NCBI GenBank assembly: GCA_018304425.1
Contig: JAGVWE010000005.1
Coordinates: forward strand, 137,145 to 201,144
Reading direction: 5' to 3'
Length of the DNA: 64,000 nt
Source: Candidatus Iainarchaeum sp.
GTDB taxonomy: Archaea > Iainarchaeota > Iainarchaeia > Iainarchaeales > UBA10219
Under the pieces are notes generated by a model. It had not been told where the DNA came from and searched no databases. It saw only the letters and a program-made list of their open reading frames with translations. Made by a program: the position numbers and the translations under genes. Position 1 is the first letter of the stretch. Every line of letters starts with the position of its first letter. Shown here piece by piece: positions 1-9,275 of the stretch.

Positions 1-2494
1 GCTCCACATGGGGCACGTGAGGAACTACGCGATTGGCGATGCGCTGGCGCGGTTCAAGCGCATGCAGGGCTTCAACGTCTTGTACCCCATGGGGTATGAC
101 TCGTTTGGCTTGCCGGCGGAGAACGCCGCCATCGAGCACAAGGCCAACCCCAGGCTGTGGACGTACGAGAAAATCAACCAGATGCGGGGCCAGCAAATCC
201 AGATGGGGTTCAGCTATGACTGGAGCCGCATGGTGAAGACCTGCGAGCCCGAGTACTACAAGTGGAACCAGTGGATTTTCCTCAAGCTCATGGAAAAAGG
301 CCTGGCCTACCGGAAGAACGCGCCCGTCAACTGGTGTGAGAAGTGCCAGACCGTGCTGGCCAACGAACAGGTCGTCAATGGCAGCTGCTGGCGGTGTGGA
401 ACGGAAGTTTCGGAGAAGGCGCTGGAGCAATGGTTTTTGAAGATCACCGCGTACGCGGACGAGCTACTGGCCGGCATTGACAAGCTCACGGAGTGGCCGG
501 AACGCGTCCGCGTCATGCAGCAGAACTGGATCGGGAAAAGCGAGGGCGTTGAAATCTTCTTCAAGGTCAAGGACTCGCATCACGTCATCAGCACCTATAC
601 CGCCCACTGGAACACGATTTATGGGGTCACTTTCCTGGTGCTGGCCCCGGAGCACCCGCTGGCGCTCGAACTGGTAAAGGGGACGCCGAAGGAGAAGGAC
701 GCGTTGAAGTTCATTTCCGAAATGAAGTGGCTGTCGCACATCGACCGGGTCAACCCGGACAAGGATAAGTTGGGCTTCGATTTGGGCGTCAAAGCCATAA
801 ACCCAGTCACAGGCAGGGAAATCCCGGTCTTCCTGACGAACTTCGTGCTCATGGACTATGGCACGGGCGCCGTGATGGGGACGCCGGCGCACGACCAGCG
901 CGACTTCGAGTTCGCGAAAAAGTATGGCTGCGAAGTCAGGGTCGTTGTCCAGCCCAGGGACCGGAAACTGGCTCCTGAGTGCATGGAACGCGCCTTCGTC
1001 GACGAGGGAATCATGGTCAACTCGGGACCGTTCAACGGCTTATCGAGCGCGGAAGCTATGCCCAAGGTGGCCACGCACCTCGTCAAGGAGCGGCTGGCCA
1101 AGCGCGCGGTCAATTACAAGATACGGGACTGGCTGGTTTCCAGGCAGCGGTTTTGGGGCACGCCGATTCCGGTCGTGTACTGCGATAAATGCGGCGTGGT
1201 CCCGGTTCCCGAGGACAAGCTACCGGTCAGGCTCCCGGATGCAGCGGAATTTGGCTTGGTGGGAAACCCCTTGCAGCACGTGAAGTCCTTCGTCGAAACG
1301 ACTTGTCCGAGGTGCAGGGCCAAGGCGCGGAGGGAAACCGACACCATGGACACCTTTGTGGACAGTGCCTGGTATTTCCTGCGGTATTCTTCTCCCCGGG
1401 AGGCCAAAAAACCGTTTGACGAGAAGAAGGTCTGGCAGTGGATGCCCGTGGACCAGTACATTGGCGGCATCGAGCACGCCATCCTGCACCTCCTCTATGC
1501 GCGGTTCTTCACCAAGGCCTTGCGGGACCTCGGCCTCTTGGAGGTGGACGAGCCCTTCCAGCGGCTGCTGGCCCAGGGCATGGTGTTGAAGGACGGCGCG
1601 AAGATGTCCAAGAGCCTGGGCAACGTAGTGGACCCGGGCGAGATCATCGAAAGGTTTGGGGCCGACACCGCACGCGTGTTCATCTTGTTCGCGGCCCTGC
1701 CGGAAAAGGAATTCGAGTGGAGCGACCAGGGGGTTGAATCCGCACGGAGGTTCCTGGAACGCGTTTACCGCCTGGTGGAAGCCAGCAAGGGCGGCATGGC
1801 CCGGGGCGAGGCGAAGGAGAAAGACCTGGCCCAGTCCGAGCGGCTGCTGTTGTCGAAGGCGCATCGCACCATCCAGCGGGTCACCGAGCACATGGAGAAC
1901 ATGCGGTTCAATTACGCGCTTCAGGCGCTCATGGAGTTCGCCAACGACCTGGGCCGGCTGGAATGCAGGGATAGGAACGTGAAGTGGTTTGCGGTGCGGA
2001 GCCTGGTCCAGATGCTCTCTCCTTTCGCGCCCCACCTGGCCGAGGAACTGTGGCAGTCAACCAAGGAAAAGGGTTTTGTGTCGCTGAGCAAGTGGCCTGC
2101 CTGTGATGCGTCCAGGATTGACGTGGGGGCAGAAACCGCGGAAGCCTTCGTGGAAAGTGTTAAAGCGGACTTGAAGAATGTGTTGGCGCTCTCGAAAATC
2201 CAGAAGCCAAAGGCAGTTTACGTCTTTGTGGCGGCCAAGTGGAAGGCAACCGCCCTTGCCGTGGTACGGGAAGCCTGCAAGGGCAAGCCCGATGTGGGGT
2301 TGGCCATGAAGGCCTTGATGGCCCGGCCTGAGTTCAAGGCCCAGGGCAAGCAAATCGAGGCCTTTGCCCGGGCCGCGGCAAGAAAGGCAGGGGAAACCGG
2401 CAAACCCGTGGCATTGGATGAGTGCCCTTCCCGGGACCCCTTGAACAAGGCCCGGAACGCCTTCCCCTTGAAGCCCGCCATTTACGTGGAGTGA
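1..2494 (+). CDS. leuS: Leucyl-tRNA synthetase, 5'-truncated by the window edge
   Basis: ORF 8..2494 stays open back to nt 2. First residues LHMGHVRNY carry the class-I HIGH motif (HMGH). KMSKS is present ([10 protein letters not shown]). Length and layout fit archaeal-type LeuRS. Confidence 0.95.
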   Translation, partial: LHMGHVRNYAIGDALARFKRMQGFNVLYPMGYDSFGLPAENAAIEHKANPRLWTYEKINQMRGQQIQMGFSYDWSRMVKTCEPEYYKWNQWIFLKLMEKGLAYRKNAPVNWCEKCQTVLANEQVVNGSCWRCGTEVSEKALEQWFLKITAYADELLAGIDKLTEWPERVRVMQQNWIGKSEGVEIFFKVKDSHHVISTYTAHWNTIYGVTFLVLAPEHPLALELVKGTPKEKDALKFISEMKWLSHIDRVNPDKDKLGFDLGVKAINPVTGREIPVFLTNFVLMDYGTGAVMGTPAHDQRDFEFAKKYGCEVRVVVQPRDRKLAPECMERAFVDEGIMVNSGPFNGLSSAEAMPKVATHLVKERLAKRAVNYKIRDWLVSRQRFWGTPIPVVYCDKCGVVPVPEDKLPVRLPDAAEFGLVGNPLQHVKSFVETTCPRCRAKARRETDTMDTFVDSAWYFLRYSSPREAKKPFDEKKVWQWMPVDQYIGGIEHAILHLLYARFFTKALRDLGLLEVDEPFQRLLAQGMVLKDGAKMSKSLGNVVDPGEIIERFGADTARVFILFAALPEKEFEWSDQGVESARRFLERVYRLVEASKGGMARGEAKEKDLAQSERLLLSKAHRTIQRVTEHMENMRFNYALQALMEFANDLGRLECRDRNVKWFAVRSLVQMLSPFAPHLAEELWQSTKEKGFVSLSKWPACDASRIDVGAETAEAFVESVKADLKNVLALSKIQKPKAVYVFVAAKWKATALAVVREACKGKPDVGLAMKALMARPEFKAQGKQIEAFARAAARKAGETGKPVALDECPSRDPLNKARNAFPLKPAIYVE

Positions 2495-2497
2495 AGG

Positions 2498-3400
2498 ATG
2501 CCCATGTTACTGCAAGCAAATGGTGACCTAGCCGCCCAGAATTTGCTGAACTTGTTTGGCTTGAATTCCCTGGGCCAGCTCGCGCTCAACGCGGCTTTCA
2601 TGGTCATGGTGTTGGTGGTGGCCTATCTTTTGCAGGCCGTCCTGGCCTGGTTCATTGACTGGAATTTTTCGGCCAAGTCCTTCATCGGGCGGCGGCGAAA
2701 AATCACGGAGTTTGGCTTGAAAATCGCCAAGCGGTTCACGACGTTTTTCATCTACTTTGTCGCGCTGGCGTTTATCCTGGGCGCCTACAACATCGACTTG
2801 ACTGCCATCATCGCCGTGCTGGGCGTGGGAGGCATTGCCGTGGCCCTCGCCGCCCAGGAAACCCTTTCAAACCTGATTGCGGGCTTCGTGTTGTTGACCG
2901 ACAAGCCGTTCAAGGTGGGCGACCGGATTTCCCTGCGGTCCAGCGCCCAGCAACGCAAGGAAGACGATGCCGACGAGTGGGGGTACGTCATCGACATCGG
3001 CTGGAGGAGCACCCGCATCCGCACCAAGGAAAACATTTACCTCACCATTCCCAACGCGGAGTTGACGAAGCGGGAAATCTATAACTACACCATCAAGGAC
3101 CCGACTTACCGCCTGTGGATGCCCCTGCAGATAAGCTATGAAAGCGATTACGACAAGGCCAAGGCCCTGTTGCTCCAGGCCTGCCGGGAAAGCCCCTTCG
3201 TCATCCAGGGAAAGCGGAACGAGGCCGTCCACAAGGGCTTTGGCGATTCCGGCGTCAAGCTGATGCTGCGGGTGTGGATTAAGAATGCCGAGGAACGCGG
3301 CCAGGCCCGGAGCGACCTCTACGAGCGCATCCAGCGGGCGTTCAAGGAAAACGGCATAGTCATCCCCTATCCGCGCATTCAACTCGTGCAACAAAAATAG
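2498..3400 (+). CDS. MscS-family mechanosensitive channel
   Basis: 300-aa ORF with N-terminal TM helices followed by SNLIAGFVLLTDKPFKVGDRI, the typical MscS pore-helix/beta-domain junction. Starts 4 nt after the leuS stop. Confidence 0.85.
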   Translation: MPMLLQANGDLAAQNLLNLFGLNSLGQLALNAAFMVMVLVVAYLLQAVLAWFIDWNFSAKSFIGRRRKITEFGLKIAKRFTTFFIYFVALAFILGAYNIDLTAIIAVLGVGGIAVALAAQETLSNLIAGFVLLTDKPFKVGDRISLRSSAQQRKEDDADEWGYVIDIGWRSTRIRTKENIYLTIPNAELTKREIYNYTIKDPTYRLWMPLQISYESDYDKAKALLLQACRESPFVIQGKRNEAVHKGFGDSGVKLMLRVWIKNAEERGQARSDLYERIQRAFKENGIVIPYPRIQLVQQK

Positions 3401-3412
3401 CTGGTGTCTGGA

Positions 3413-5134
3413 CTACATCCGTTCCAGGACGTCGATGGCCAGCAGGTGCAAGGCGTTCTGCAAGACGATGGACACGGCTTCCACGAGCGCCAGCCGGGCT
3501 TCCATGGTTTGTGTTTCGGCTTGCAGCACCGGCACCTCATGGTAGTAGGCGTTGAATTCCGAGGCCAATTGCAGGAGGAACTGCGCGATTTTGTGGGTGG
3601 TGACAGCTGCCAGGGAGTCGTGCACGACCTGGGGATAGCCTTCCAGGAGGGCCAGCAGGCGCTTTTCTTTCTCGTGGGAGAGCCGCACATAGTCGACTTT
3701 TTTCGGTAGCTTGCCGGCCTTGGCAAGGATGCTTTTTGCGCGCGCGTACGCGTAGAGGAGGTAGGGCCCGGTTTCGCCGTCAAAGGAAATGCTTTCCGAT
3801 GGGTTGAAGACCATGTCCTTGACCGGGTCGACGCGCACCATGTAGAACTTGAGCGCTGACAAGGCGATGACGTTGGCGCGTTCGTTGAGCTCCTTTTCCT
3901 TGAGGTCAGCGTAGCGCTTGCGCAGTTCCTCCTTGGCCAGAAGCTCGAGTTCGTCGAGGAGGTCGTCGGCGTCAACCACGGTCCCTTCTCGGGACTTCAT
4001 CCTGCCTTCGGGGAGGTTGACCAGGCCATAGCTCAGGTGATAGAGCCGTTCCGCCCACGCGTGGCCGAGGAGCTGGAGGCAGCGGAACAACTGCCGGAAG
4101 TGCAGGTTCTGCTCCGAGGCGACCACGTAAATGGCTTTGTCGAAATGGAATTCGTCATAGCGGGCTTTGGCCAGGTAAAGGTCTTGGGTGATGTAGAGGC
4201 AGGTGCCGTCCGAGCGAAGCAGGTGCTTCTTCCCGAGCCCGTATTCCTCGAGGTCGGCCACGATTCCGCCCTTCTCGTCCCGTTGGAAGACGCCCTTGCC
4301 GAGGCCTTCCTCGACCATCTGCTTGCCCTGGTCGTAGAACTCGCTCTCATGGTATTCCTTGTCAAGCACCACGCCAAGGCGGCCCGTGGTCTCCTTATAG
4401 CCCTCAAGCACCCAGTCCAGCGTCTTTCGCCAGAGGGCGCGCACTCTCTTGTCGCCCTCCTCCCACTTCCGAATCATTTCGATGGCTTGGCTTTCGAGGG
4501 AAGGGTCCTTCGCGGCCTCCTTCACGAACCGCACATACCAGTCGCCCACGAAGTGGTCGGATTTGAGGGCCTCGCTTTCCGGAGTCTTTCCCTCGCCCCA
4601 GCGCTCGTAGGCCAGCATGGCCTTGCAGATGGCCGCGCCCCGGTCATTGTAGATGGTGGTGCGCACCACCTTGAAACCGTGGTTGGCAAAGAGGCGGTTC
4701 ACGGCCAGGCCCAGGCAGATGTTGCGCAAGTGCCCGAGGTGCAGGGGCTTGTTGGTGTTGGGGCCATAGTACTCGTTGACAATGGTCTTGCCCTTGCCCG
4801 CCGAACTTGAACCGAATTTTTCGCGCTCTGACCGCACCTGCTGCAATACTTTTTCGGCGAGCGCCTGCTTTTGCACGAAGAAGTTGAGGTAGGGGCCGAA
4901 GGCCTTGGCCTCGCTGATGTCCGCGGGTTTCACGATTTTCTTGGCGAGCTCCTGGGCGATGACGGGAGGGGCTTTCTTGAAGGCGGCCGCGAGCTTGAAG
5001 CAGGGAAAGGCGTAGTCGCCGAGCTCGGGCTTGGGCGGCGCCTCCAGCAATCCCGCGACTTGGTCGGCCGGGAAATCCGGCAAGGCGATGGCTTTCTCCA
5101 GGGCCCTTGCGACTGCCTGCTTGAAGTCCGTCAT
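3413..5134 (-). CDS. argS: Arginyl-tRNA synthetase
   Basis: 573 aa. N-terminal Arg-tRNA-synthetase add-on domain, class-I motif NKPLHLGHLRN, and a C-terminal anticodon-binding region ending ...LLAIDVLERM, typical of ArgRS. Confidence 0.93.
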   Translation of the reverse strand: MTDFKQAVARALEKAIALPDFPADQVAGLLEAPPKPELGDYAFPCFKLAAAFKKAPPVIAQELAKKIVKPADISEAKAFGPYLNFFVQKQALAEKVLQQVRSEREKFGSSSAGKGKTIVNEYYGPNTNKPLHLGHLRNICLGLAVNRLFANHGFKVVRTTIYNDRGAAICKAMLAYERWGEGKTPESEALKSDHFVGDWYVRFVKEAAKDPSLESQAIEMIRKWEEGDKRVRALWRKTLDWVLEGYKETTGRLGVVLDKEYHESEFYDQGKQMVEEGLGKGVFQRDEKGGIVADLEEYGLGKKHLLRSDGTCLYITQDLYLAKARYDEFHFDKAIYVVASEQNLHFRQLFRCLQLLGHAWAERLYHLSYGLVNLPEGRMKSREGTVVDADDLLDELELLAKEELRKRYADLKEKELNERANVIALSALKFYMVRVDPVKDMVFNPSESISFDGETGPYLLYAYARAKSILAKAGKLPKKVDYVRLSHEKEKRLLALLEGYPQVVHDSLAAVTTHKIAQFLLQLASEFNAYYHEVPVLQAETQTMEARLALVEAVSIVLQNALHLLAIDVLERM

Positions 5135-5170
5135 ACTCCATTCACCCGAGGAAGTTGTTTTAAGGGAAAG

Positions 5171-5245
5171 CGGACGTGGTGGGATTTGAACCCACGACCC
5201 TCAGCTTAGAAGGCTGACGCGCTATCCAGGCTGCGCTACACGTCC
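5171..5245 (-). tRNA. tRNA-Arg (anticodon TCT)
   Basis: Hand-folded cloverleaf. Acceptor GGACGTG/CACGTCC, D arm GCGC-AGCCTGGATA-GCGC, anticodon arm TCAGC-CTTCTAA-GCTGA, T arm GTGGG-TTCAAAT-CCCAC, discriminator G. CCA is not encoded. Confidence 0.9.
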
Positions 5246-5278
5246 CTCCGACCAGTCAAAGAATTGACGCGAACAACC

Positions 5279-5286
5279 TATTTAAA
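5279..5286 (-). promoter_or_regulatory. TATA box (TTTAAATA) for tRNA-Arg
   Basis: Minus-strand TTTAAATA lies 33 nt upstream of the mature tRNA 5' end, directly after the stop of the upstream CDS. Confidence 0.4.
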
Positions 5287-5298
5287 CGTATTTATCGG

Positions 5299-6300
5299 TC
5301 AATGAGGGGTTTTCCCGGTGTTGAAGACCTTGTTGAGTTTGTCTTTCACCGTGAACTGGTGGGTTTTCACGTCAAACAACCAGACCCGGAGTTTGGGGTT
5401 GTTGAACACCGGGGAGAGGGGCGTGCTCCGGTCCTGCTTGTGGAACACTTTCTGGGTGGGGCGCCGGTGGGTGTTGAGGCTCCCGTCCGGCAAGACGAAA
5501 ACGAATTCGTCCACGTCCACGGCATAGGCCAGTTTTTCCTTGAGCTTTCCCTCGCTGGGCCGCGTCAGCACTTCCACGCCCATGCGTTTGCCGTCAAAGG
5601 TCTCCACGAAGAAGTCGAAGCGGCCCTTGCGCGGGGTCTTCGCGCGCTCCTTTCGCAGCACGGTGGCTTTCTCGGCCACGACGTTGACGAGCCTCCGCTC
5701 GAACAAATGCATTTTGTTGAGTTCGTGCCGCGTGTAGAGGTGCATGAGGGGCGTCAAGTGGTTGCCCGGCTCCATGGAGGCCTTCTCGCCCTCCGAGTAA
5801 CTGAACCGCACCGGGGCCTTGCAGAGTTTCTGGAGCAGGCCCTCGAATTGCCTGAGTTTTGGCTGGGTGCCTTCAACTACCACCATGTTGGAGAAGCCGT
5901 CCGCCATGTCCACGAACAAGCCGTTGTCCGCCTTGACGACGATGTCCGCGAAGAAGAGGTCGAACAAGACGTTGTAGTCCTTGAACAACGGGGCCAGGTT
6001 TTTGGCGTCCAGTTCCGCGGCCAGGCTGGTCTTGTCCTGGTAGGCGTCCAGGGAAGCCCTGCGGCGCAGGTGGTGGCTCTGGCAGAACCGGTTGAATATC
6101 TCTTGAATGCGTTCATGGGGGAGGTTCAACCGCGTGTAAATCCGGTTCAAGGGCTCCAAGCGGTTGATTTCGAGGCGGAGTTTCTTGCACCCCGTCTGCT
6201 GGAGGGCCTTCGGCAGGTAGGTCCAGAGAAAGTCGTAGACTTCCGGCCGGCCGTTGGCCGCCAGGGAAAACGTGAGGGTCACGAATTGCTTGGCCTGCAT
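5299..6300 (-). CDS. Hypothetical protein (no family recognised)
   Basis: 333-aa ORF with a balanced, protein-like composition. The overlapping 450-aa plus-strand ORF (5302..6654) is a Gly/Val/His/Glu-rich antisense shadow. Confidence 0.6.
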   Translation of the reverse strand: MQAKQFVTLTFSLAANGRPEVYDFLWTYLPKALQQTGCKKLRLEINRLEPLNRIYTRLNLPHERIQEIFNRFCQSHHLRRRASLDAYQDKTSLAAELDAKNLAPLFKDYNVLFDLFFADIVVKADNGLFVDMADGFSNMVVVEGTQPKLRQFEGLLQKLCKAPVRFSYSEGEKASMEPGNHLTPLMHLYTRHELNKMHLFERRLVNVVAEKATVLRKERAKTPRKGRFDFFVETFDGKRMGVEVLTRPSEGKLKEKLAYAVDVDEFVFVLPDGSLNTHRRPTQKVFHKQDRSTPLSPVFNNPKLRVWLFDVKTHQFTVKDKLNKVFNTGKTPH

Positions 6301-6478
6301 TCAACGCAATGGAATGGCAAAAGGATTTTAATGGGTTTACCCATGATTTTCCGTAAACGCTTCCTTGTCCTGCCTTGCAGGACGATGCCCCCCAATGCAA
6401 GGCATTGGATGGTTGCCAAGGGCAAAAGGGTTTTTATAGGGTTCGTGCCTCAATTTGGGCAATCAAAGGGTTTTCTGC

Positions 6479-7351
6479 ATGAATTCCAGGCTCTGGCTCG
6501 CCATTTTCATGGTGTTGTTGTCTTTCCAGGTGGTGTCTGCCCTCCAGGTGCAGCCCGTCGAGGAGAACCCGATTCCGGGCATGACCAAGGCCGAGGCCCT
6601 CCGGATAACGGAAGTCATGCAGTCCAAGAACGCGGACTGCCGGTGGCGGTATGACAAGGCCATGGTCATCGACTACTTGTTGACCGGCAAGGGTTATACG
6701 TTCAAGACCGGGATTGGCCTCCAGGAATGCGTCCGGATTGCCATGGGCAAGCCCATCGGGCCAGGCTTCACGCGGGGCATGGAAAAGGAGAAGCCGAAAT
6801 TCGAGCGCAAGTCACCCATTGCCAAGCCCTTGACCGAAGAAGAAGTCCTGGCCAAGGAATTGAAGGTCAAGCGCGAGCAAGGCAAGCGCATTGCCAACGT
6901 CGTGCGCCGCTCGGACGCGGTGTGCCGCCGGCTCTACAACGAGGACGTCATGGCTGAATTCTTTGTCTCGGGAAAGGGCACGTCGGCCAAGGAAAGAAGC
7001 CTCGAACAATGCCTTGGTTTGGGCAAGACCCTTTTAGGGTATGAGATGGGAACCCTGACGGCGCCGGCCGCCACGTACGTGCAGAACCGGCCGCCTTCCA
7101 ACAAGCCCGCCATCGAGTTGCCGGGAACCCTGCAAGACTGGCAGGTGTCGAGAATCATTGACGCGGCCATGACCGCCCGCATTTCGGGCAAGGCCTGCCG
7201 CAACTACTACGACCGAGGGGAACTGAAGGCCGCGCTCCTGGATGGCGTGGCGCCCGCCCAGACCGCGGAACTCCTCCGGCAAGGCAACAACCCGGACGTC
7301 TTCGACTGCGTGAGAAACGGGCTGCGCATCTCAAACATCAGGGTACGGTAG
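6479..7351 (+). CDS. Secreted protein with three Cys-pair repeats
   Basis: Start set at MNSRLWLAIFMVLLSFQVVSA (signal-peptide-like). Three internal repeats each carry C-R-x-x-Y-D/N and a second Cys 27-37 aa later. TTTTTATA box at 6431-6438. Confidence 0.65.
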   Translation: MNSRLWLAIFMVLLSFQVVSALQVQPVEENPIPGMTKAEALRITEVMQSKNADCRWRYDKAMVIDYLLTGKGYTFKTGIGLQECVRIAMGKPIGPGFTRGMEKEKPKFERKSPIAKPLTEEEVLAKELKVKREQGKRIANVVRRSDAVCRRLYNEDVMAEFFVSGKGTSAKERSLEQCLGLGKTLLGYEMGTLTAPAATYVQNRPPSNKPAIELPGTLQDWQVSRIIDAAMTARISGKACRNYYDRGELKAALLDGVAPAQTAELLRQGNNPDVFDCVRNGLRISNIRVR

Positions 7352-7976
7352 AAGCCCCGAATCCGCTTGTCTTACGGGAAAACGAGTAGACCAGCCCCGC
7401 ATACAGCAGGTCCCACCCCAGAATGGATGCGAAAAGGAAAGGCAGCAAAATGGATTCCTGGGCAACCGGTTTATACAAATAGAATGCGAGGCTCGCGGCA
7501 GCCGTTCCCAGCAATTTGAGCACCGCAATGGAAGCAGATTGGCCCCTCAAATTGCCGCGGTTCAACAGCATGGCAACGAACAACATGGACATCACCAGGT
7601 TCTGTCCGAAGGCAGCATACACGCCGTCAAAGTCGTGGAATTCTTGGCTGACCAACAACACCAAGCCAAAGGCCGTGAGCAGGACCAGCACAAAGCATGC
7701 ATAAAATTGTTGGGGGGAAAGACGGGGAAACTCGTTTCGCCCGAATTTCAGGAATTCCAATGCGATGAATACATCCAAAAAGAGCCATGCAACGTTGATG
7801 TAAAGCTGGGGGGCGGCCGGCGGGTACAGGAACGAAAAAATGAACTCCCAGGAGAGGTTGGCGCACAAGGCAAACAAGGGCATTCCATAGGTCTGGTCCT
7901 TGAAGCCCCGCCAAATAATTAGCAGGTAGGCAAGCGACCAAAAGAAGCCGCTCGCATTCATCAATGCCTGGAACAT
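7338..7976 (-). CDS. Polytopic membrane protein, unknown function
   Basis: At least 6 hydrophobic helices. Start set at MFQALMNAS (ATG 7976) because the longer ORF runs into the repeat region. Its 3' end overlaps the convergent CDS by 14 nt. Confidence 0.6.
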   Translation of the reverse strand: MFQALMNASGFFWSLAYLLIIWRGFKDQTYGMPLFALCANLSWEFIFSFLYPPAAPQLYINVAWLFLDVFIALEFLKFGRNEFPRLSPQQFYACFVLVLLTAFGLVLLVSQEFHDFDGVYAAFGQNLVMSMLFVAMLLNRGNLRGQSASIAVLKLLGTAAASLAFYLYKPVAQESILLPFLFASILGWDLLYAGLVYSFSRKTSGFGASTVP

Positions 7977-8003
7977 GGTGCAACCACCGGCGCATGACCG
8001 GCT

Positions 8004-8103
8004 GTGCCATACCCTGTATGGCACTTTTTCGCCAGCCTTTTGTAAAAAGGCTGTGGCATGCCTAGTATGCCACTTTTTCGCCAGCCTTTTGTAAAAAGGC
8101 TGG
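8004..8103 (-). repeat. Two tandem 49-nt copies of hairpin element family B
   Basis: Minus-strand unit: CAGCCTTTTTACAAAAGGCTG, then GCGAAAAA, then GTGCCATAC-nnn-GTATGGCAC. Copies at 8053-8103 and 8004-8053 begin 2 nt after the tRNA-Gly 3' end. Confidence 0.8.
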
Positions 8104-8105
8104 AG

Positions 8106-8176
8106 TGCAGCCGCCGGGGGTCGAACCCGGGTCGAAAGCTTGGGAAGCTCTCATCCTGCCACTAGACTACGGCTGC
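8106..8176 (-). tRNA. tRNA-Gly (anticodon CCC)
   Basis: Acceptor GCAGCCG/CGGCTGC, anticodon arm AGAGC-TTCCCAA-GCTTT, T arm CCGGG-TTCGACC-CCCGG, discriminator A. CTTTAAAA box about 35 nt upstream. Confidence 0.88.
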
Positions 8177-8232
8177 GTCCAGGGATTTTGGGCGGGGAAT
8201 GGTTTTAAAGACAACGCCCTTACCCTCCTTGC

Positions 8233-8886
8233 ATGGCGAGGCTCTCCCCCCGAGAAGCGGCGGCCGAGGCCTTCAAGCGGCTCCACAAGGCGTATCCAGA
8301 CGCCAAAGTCGAGTTACGGCATGCGAACCCCTTGGAGTTGCTGGTGGCAACCATGCTCTCCGCGCAGTGCACGGATGCCCGCGTCAACCAGGTCACGCCC
8401 GCGTTGTTCAAGAAGTATGGGTCGGCGGCCGACTACGCGAACGCGGACCTGAAAACACTGGAACGGGAAATCCATTCCACGGGGTTCTACAAGAACAAGG
8501 CCAAAAACATCGTGAACACGTGCAAGATAATCGTGGAAAGGCACGGCGGCCGGGTGCCGGAGTCGATGGCGGAATTGACGGAGTTGCCGGGCGTGGCGCG
8601 GAAGACCGCGAACATCGTGTTGGCGTCAGCCTTTGGAATCGTGGACGGCATTCCCGTGGACACGCACGTATGGCGGGTCTCGCAGCGGCTGGGGTTGACG
8701 AAGTTCGATGACCAGGACAAAATCGAGCGAGCCCTGTGCGCGTTGCTGCCGCGCGGGAAATGGTGGCCCTTTTCGACGCTGCTCATCTGGCACGGTCGCC
8801 ATACCTGCATGGCCCGCAAGCCGGCTTGCAGCCGGTGCCCGTTGAACGACTTCTGCCCGCGCGTGGACGTGAGGGTGAGCGAGTGA
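8233..8886 (+). CDS. nth: Endonuclease III (DNA glycosylase/AP lyase)
   Basis: 217 aa with an HhH-GPD layout (LPGVARKTANIVL) and a C-terminal 4Fe-4S cluster loop C-x6-C-x2-C-x5-C (CMARKPACSRCPLNDFC). Confidence 0.92.
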   Translation: MARLSPREAAAEAFKRLHKAYPDAKVELRHANPLELLVATMLSAQCTDARVNQVTPALFKKYGSAADYANADLKTLEREIHSTGFYKNKAKNIVNTCKIIVERHGGRVPESMAELTELPGVARKTANIVLASAFGIVDGIPVDTHVWRVSQRLGLTKFDDQDKIERALCALLPRGKWWPFSTLLIWHGRHTCMARKPACSRCPLNDFCPRVDVRVSE

Positions 8887-9212
8887 AACCGCCCCTTCGG
8901 GAAATCGAGGCCGAAGAGTTGGTCAAGCAATTGAAGTCCAAGAAGAGGCCGGTGGTGTTGGACGTGCGTTCCGTGGATGAATTCCTCGTGGACCACTTGG
9001 AGGGCGCGGTGCACGTGCCCGTGCAGGAACTGCAGGCCCGTGCCGGGGAGCTGGCGGCCTTCAAGGGCAAGGCCATGGTATGCGTGTGCGAGCACGGCCA
9101 GCGGAGCAGCATGGCGGCCGCCATCCTCTCCTGGATGGGCTTCCAGGGCGTGCAAAGCCTCCAAGGCGGCCTCGCAGAATGGCGGGAAAAGGGGCATAAG
9201 ACGGTTAAATGA
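8883..9212 (+). CDS. Single-domain rhodanese (sulfurtransferase)
   Basis: Rhodanese fold with active-site loop CEHGQRS. Start placed at GTG 8883, overlapping the nth stop (GTGA). The longer ORF from 8736 would lie inside nth. Confidence 0.8.
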   Translation: MKPPLREIEAEELVKQLKSKKRPVVLDVRSVDEFLVDHLEGAVHVPVQELQARAGELAAFKGKAMVCVCEHGQRSSMAAAILSWMGFQGVQSLQGGLAEWREKGHKTVK

Positions 9213-9275
9213 CCCTCCTGACCGGAGTTTTTAAGGCCCAAAAGGTTTAACTGCACCTGAACGCAATTAGTTACT

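Noticed and set aside
6380-6410. 9-bp inverted repeat TGCCTTGCA...TGCAAGGCA in the divergent spacer 6301-6478
   Set aside because: It is a single occurrence with no partner sites. It could be an operator, but there is nothing to support that.
5302-6654. 450-aa plus-strand ORF overlapping the 5299..6300 minus-strand CDS
   Set aside because: Its composition (Gly/Val/His/Glu/Arg-rich, no motifs) is typical of an antisense shadow ORF in GC-rich DNA. It also runs across a divergent promoter region.
8004-8103. Possible CRISPR array
   Set aside because: There are only two directly abutting 49-nt units with no spacers, and no cas genes in the window. It is treated as a hairpin repeat instead.
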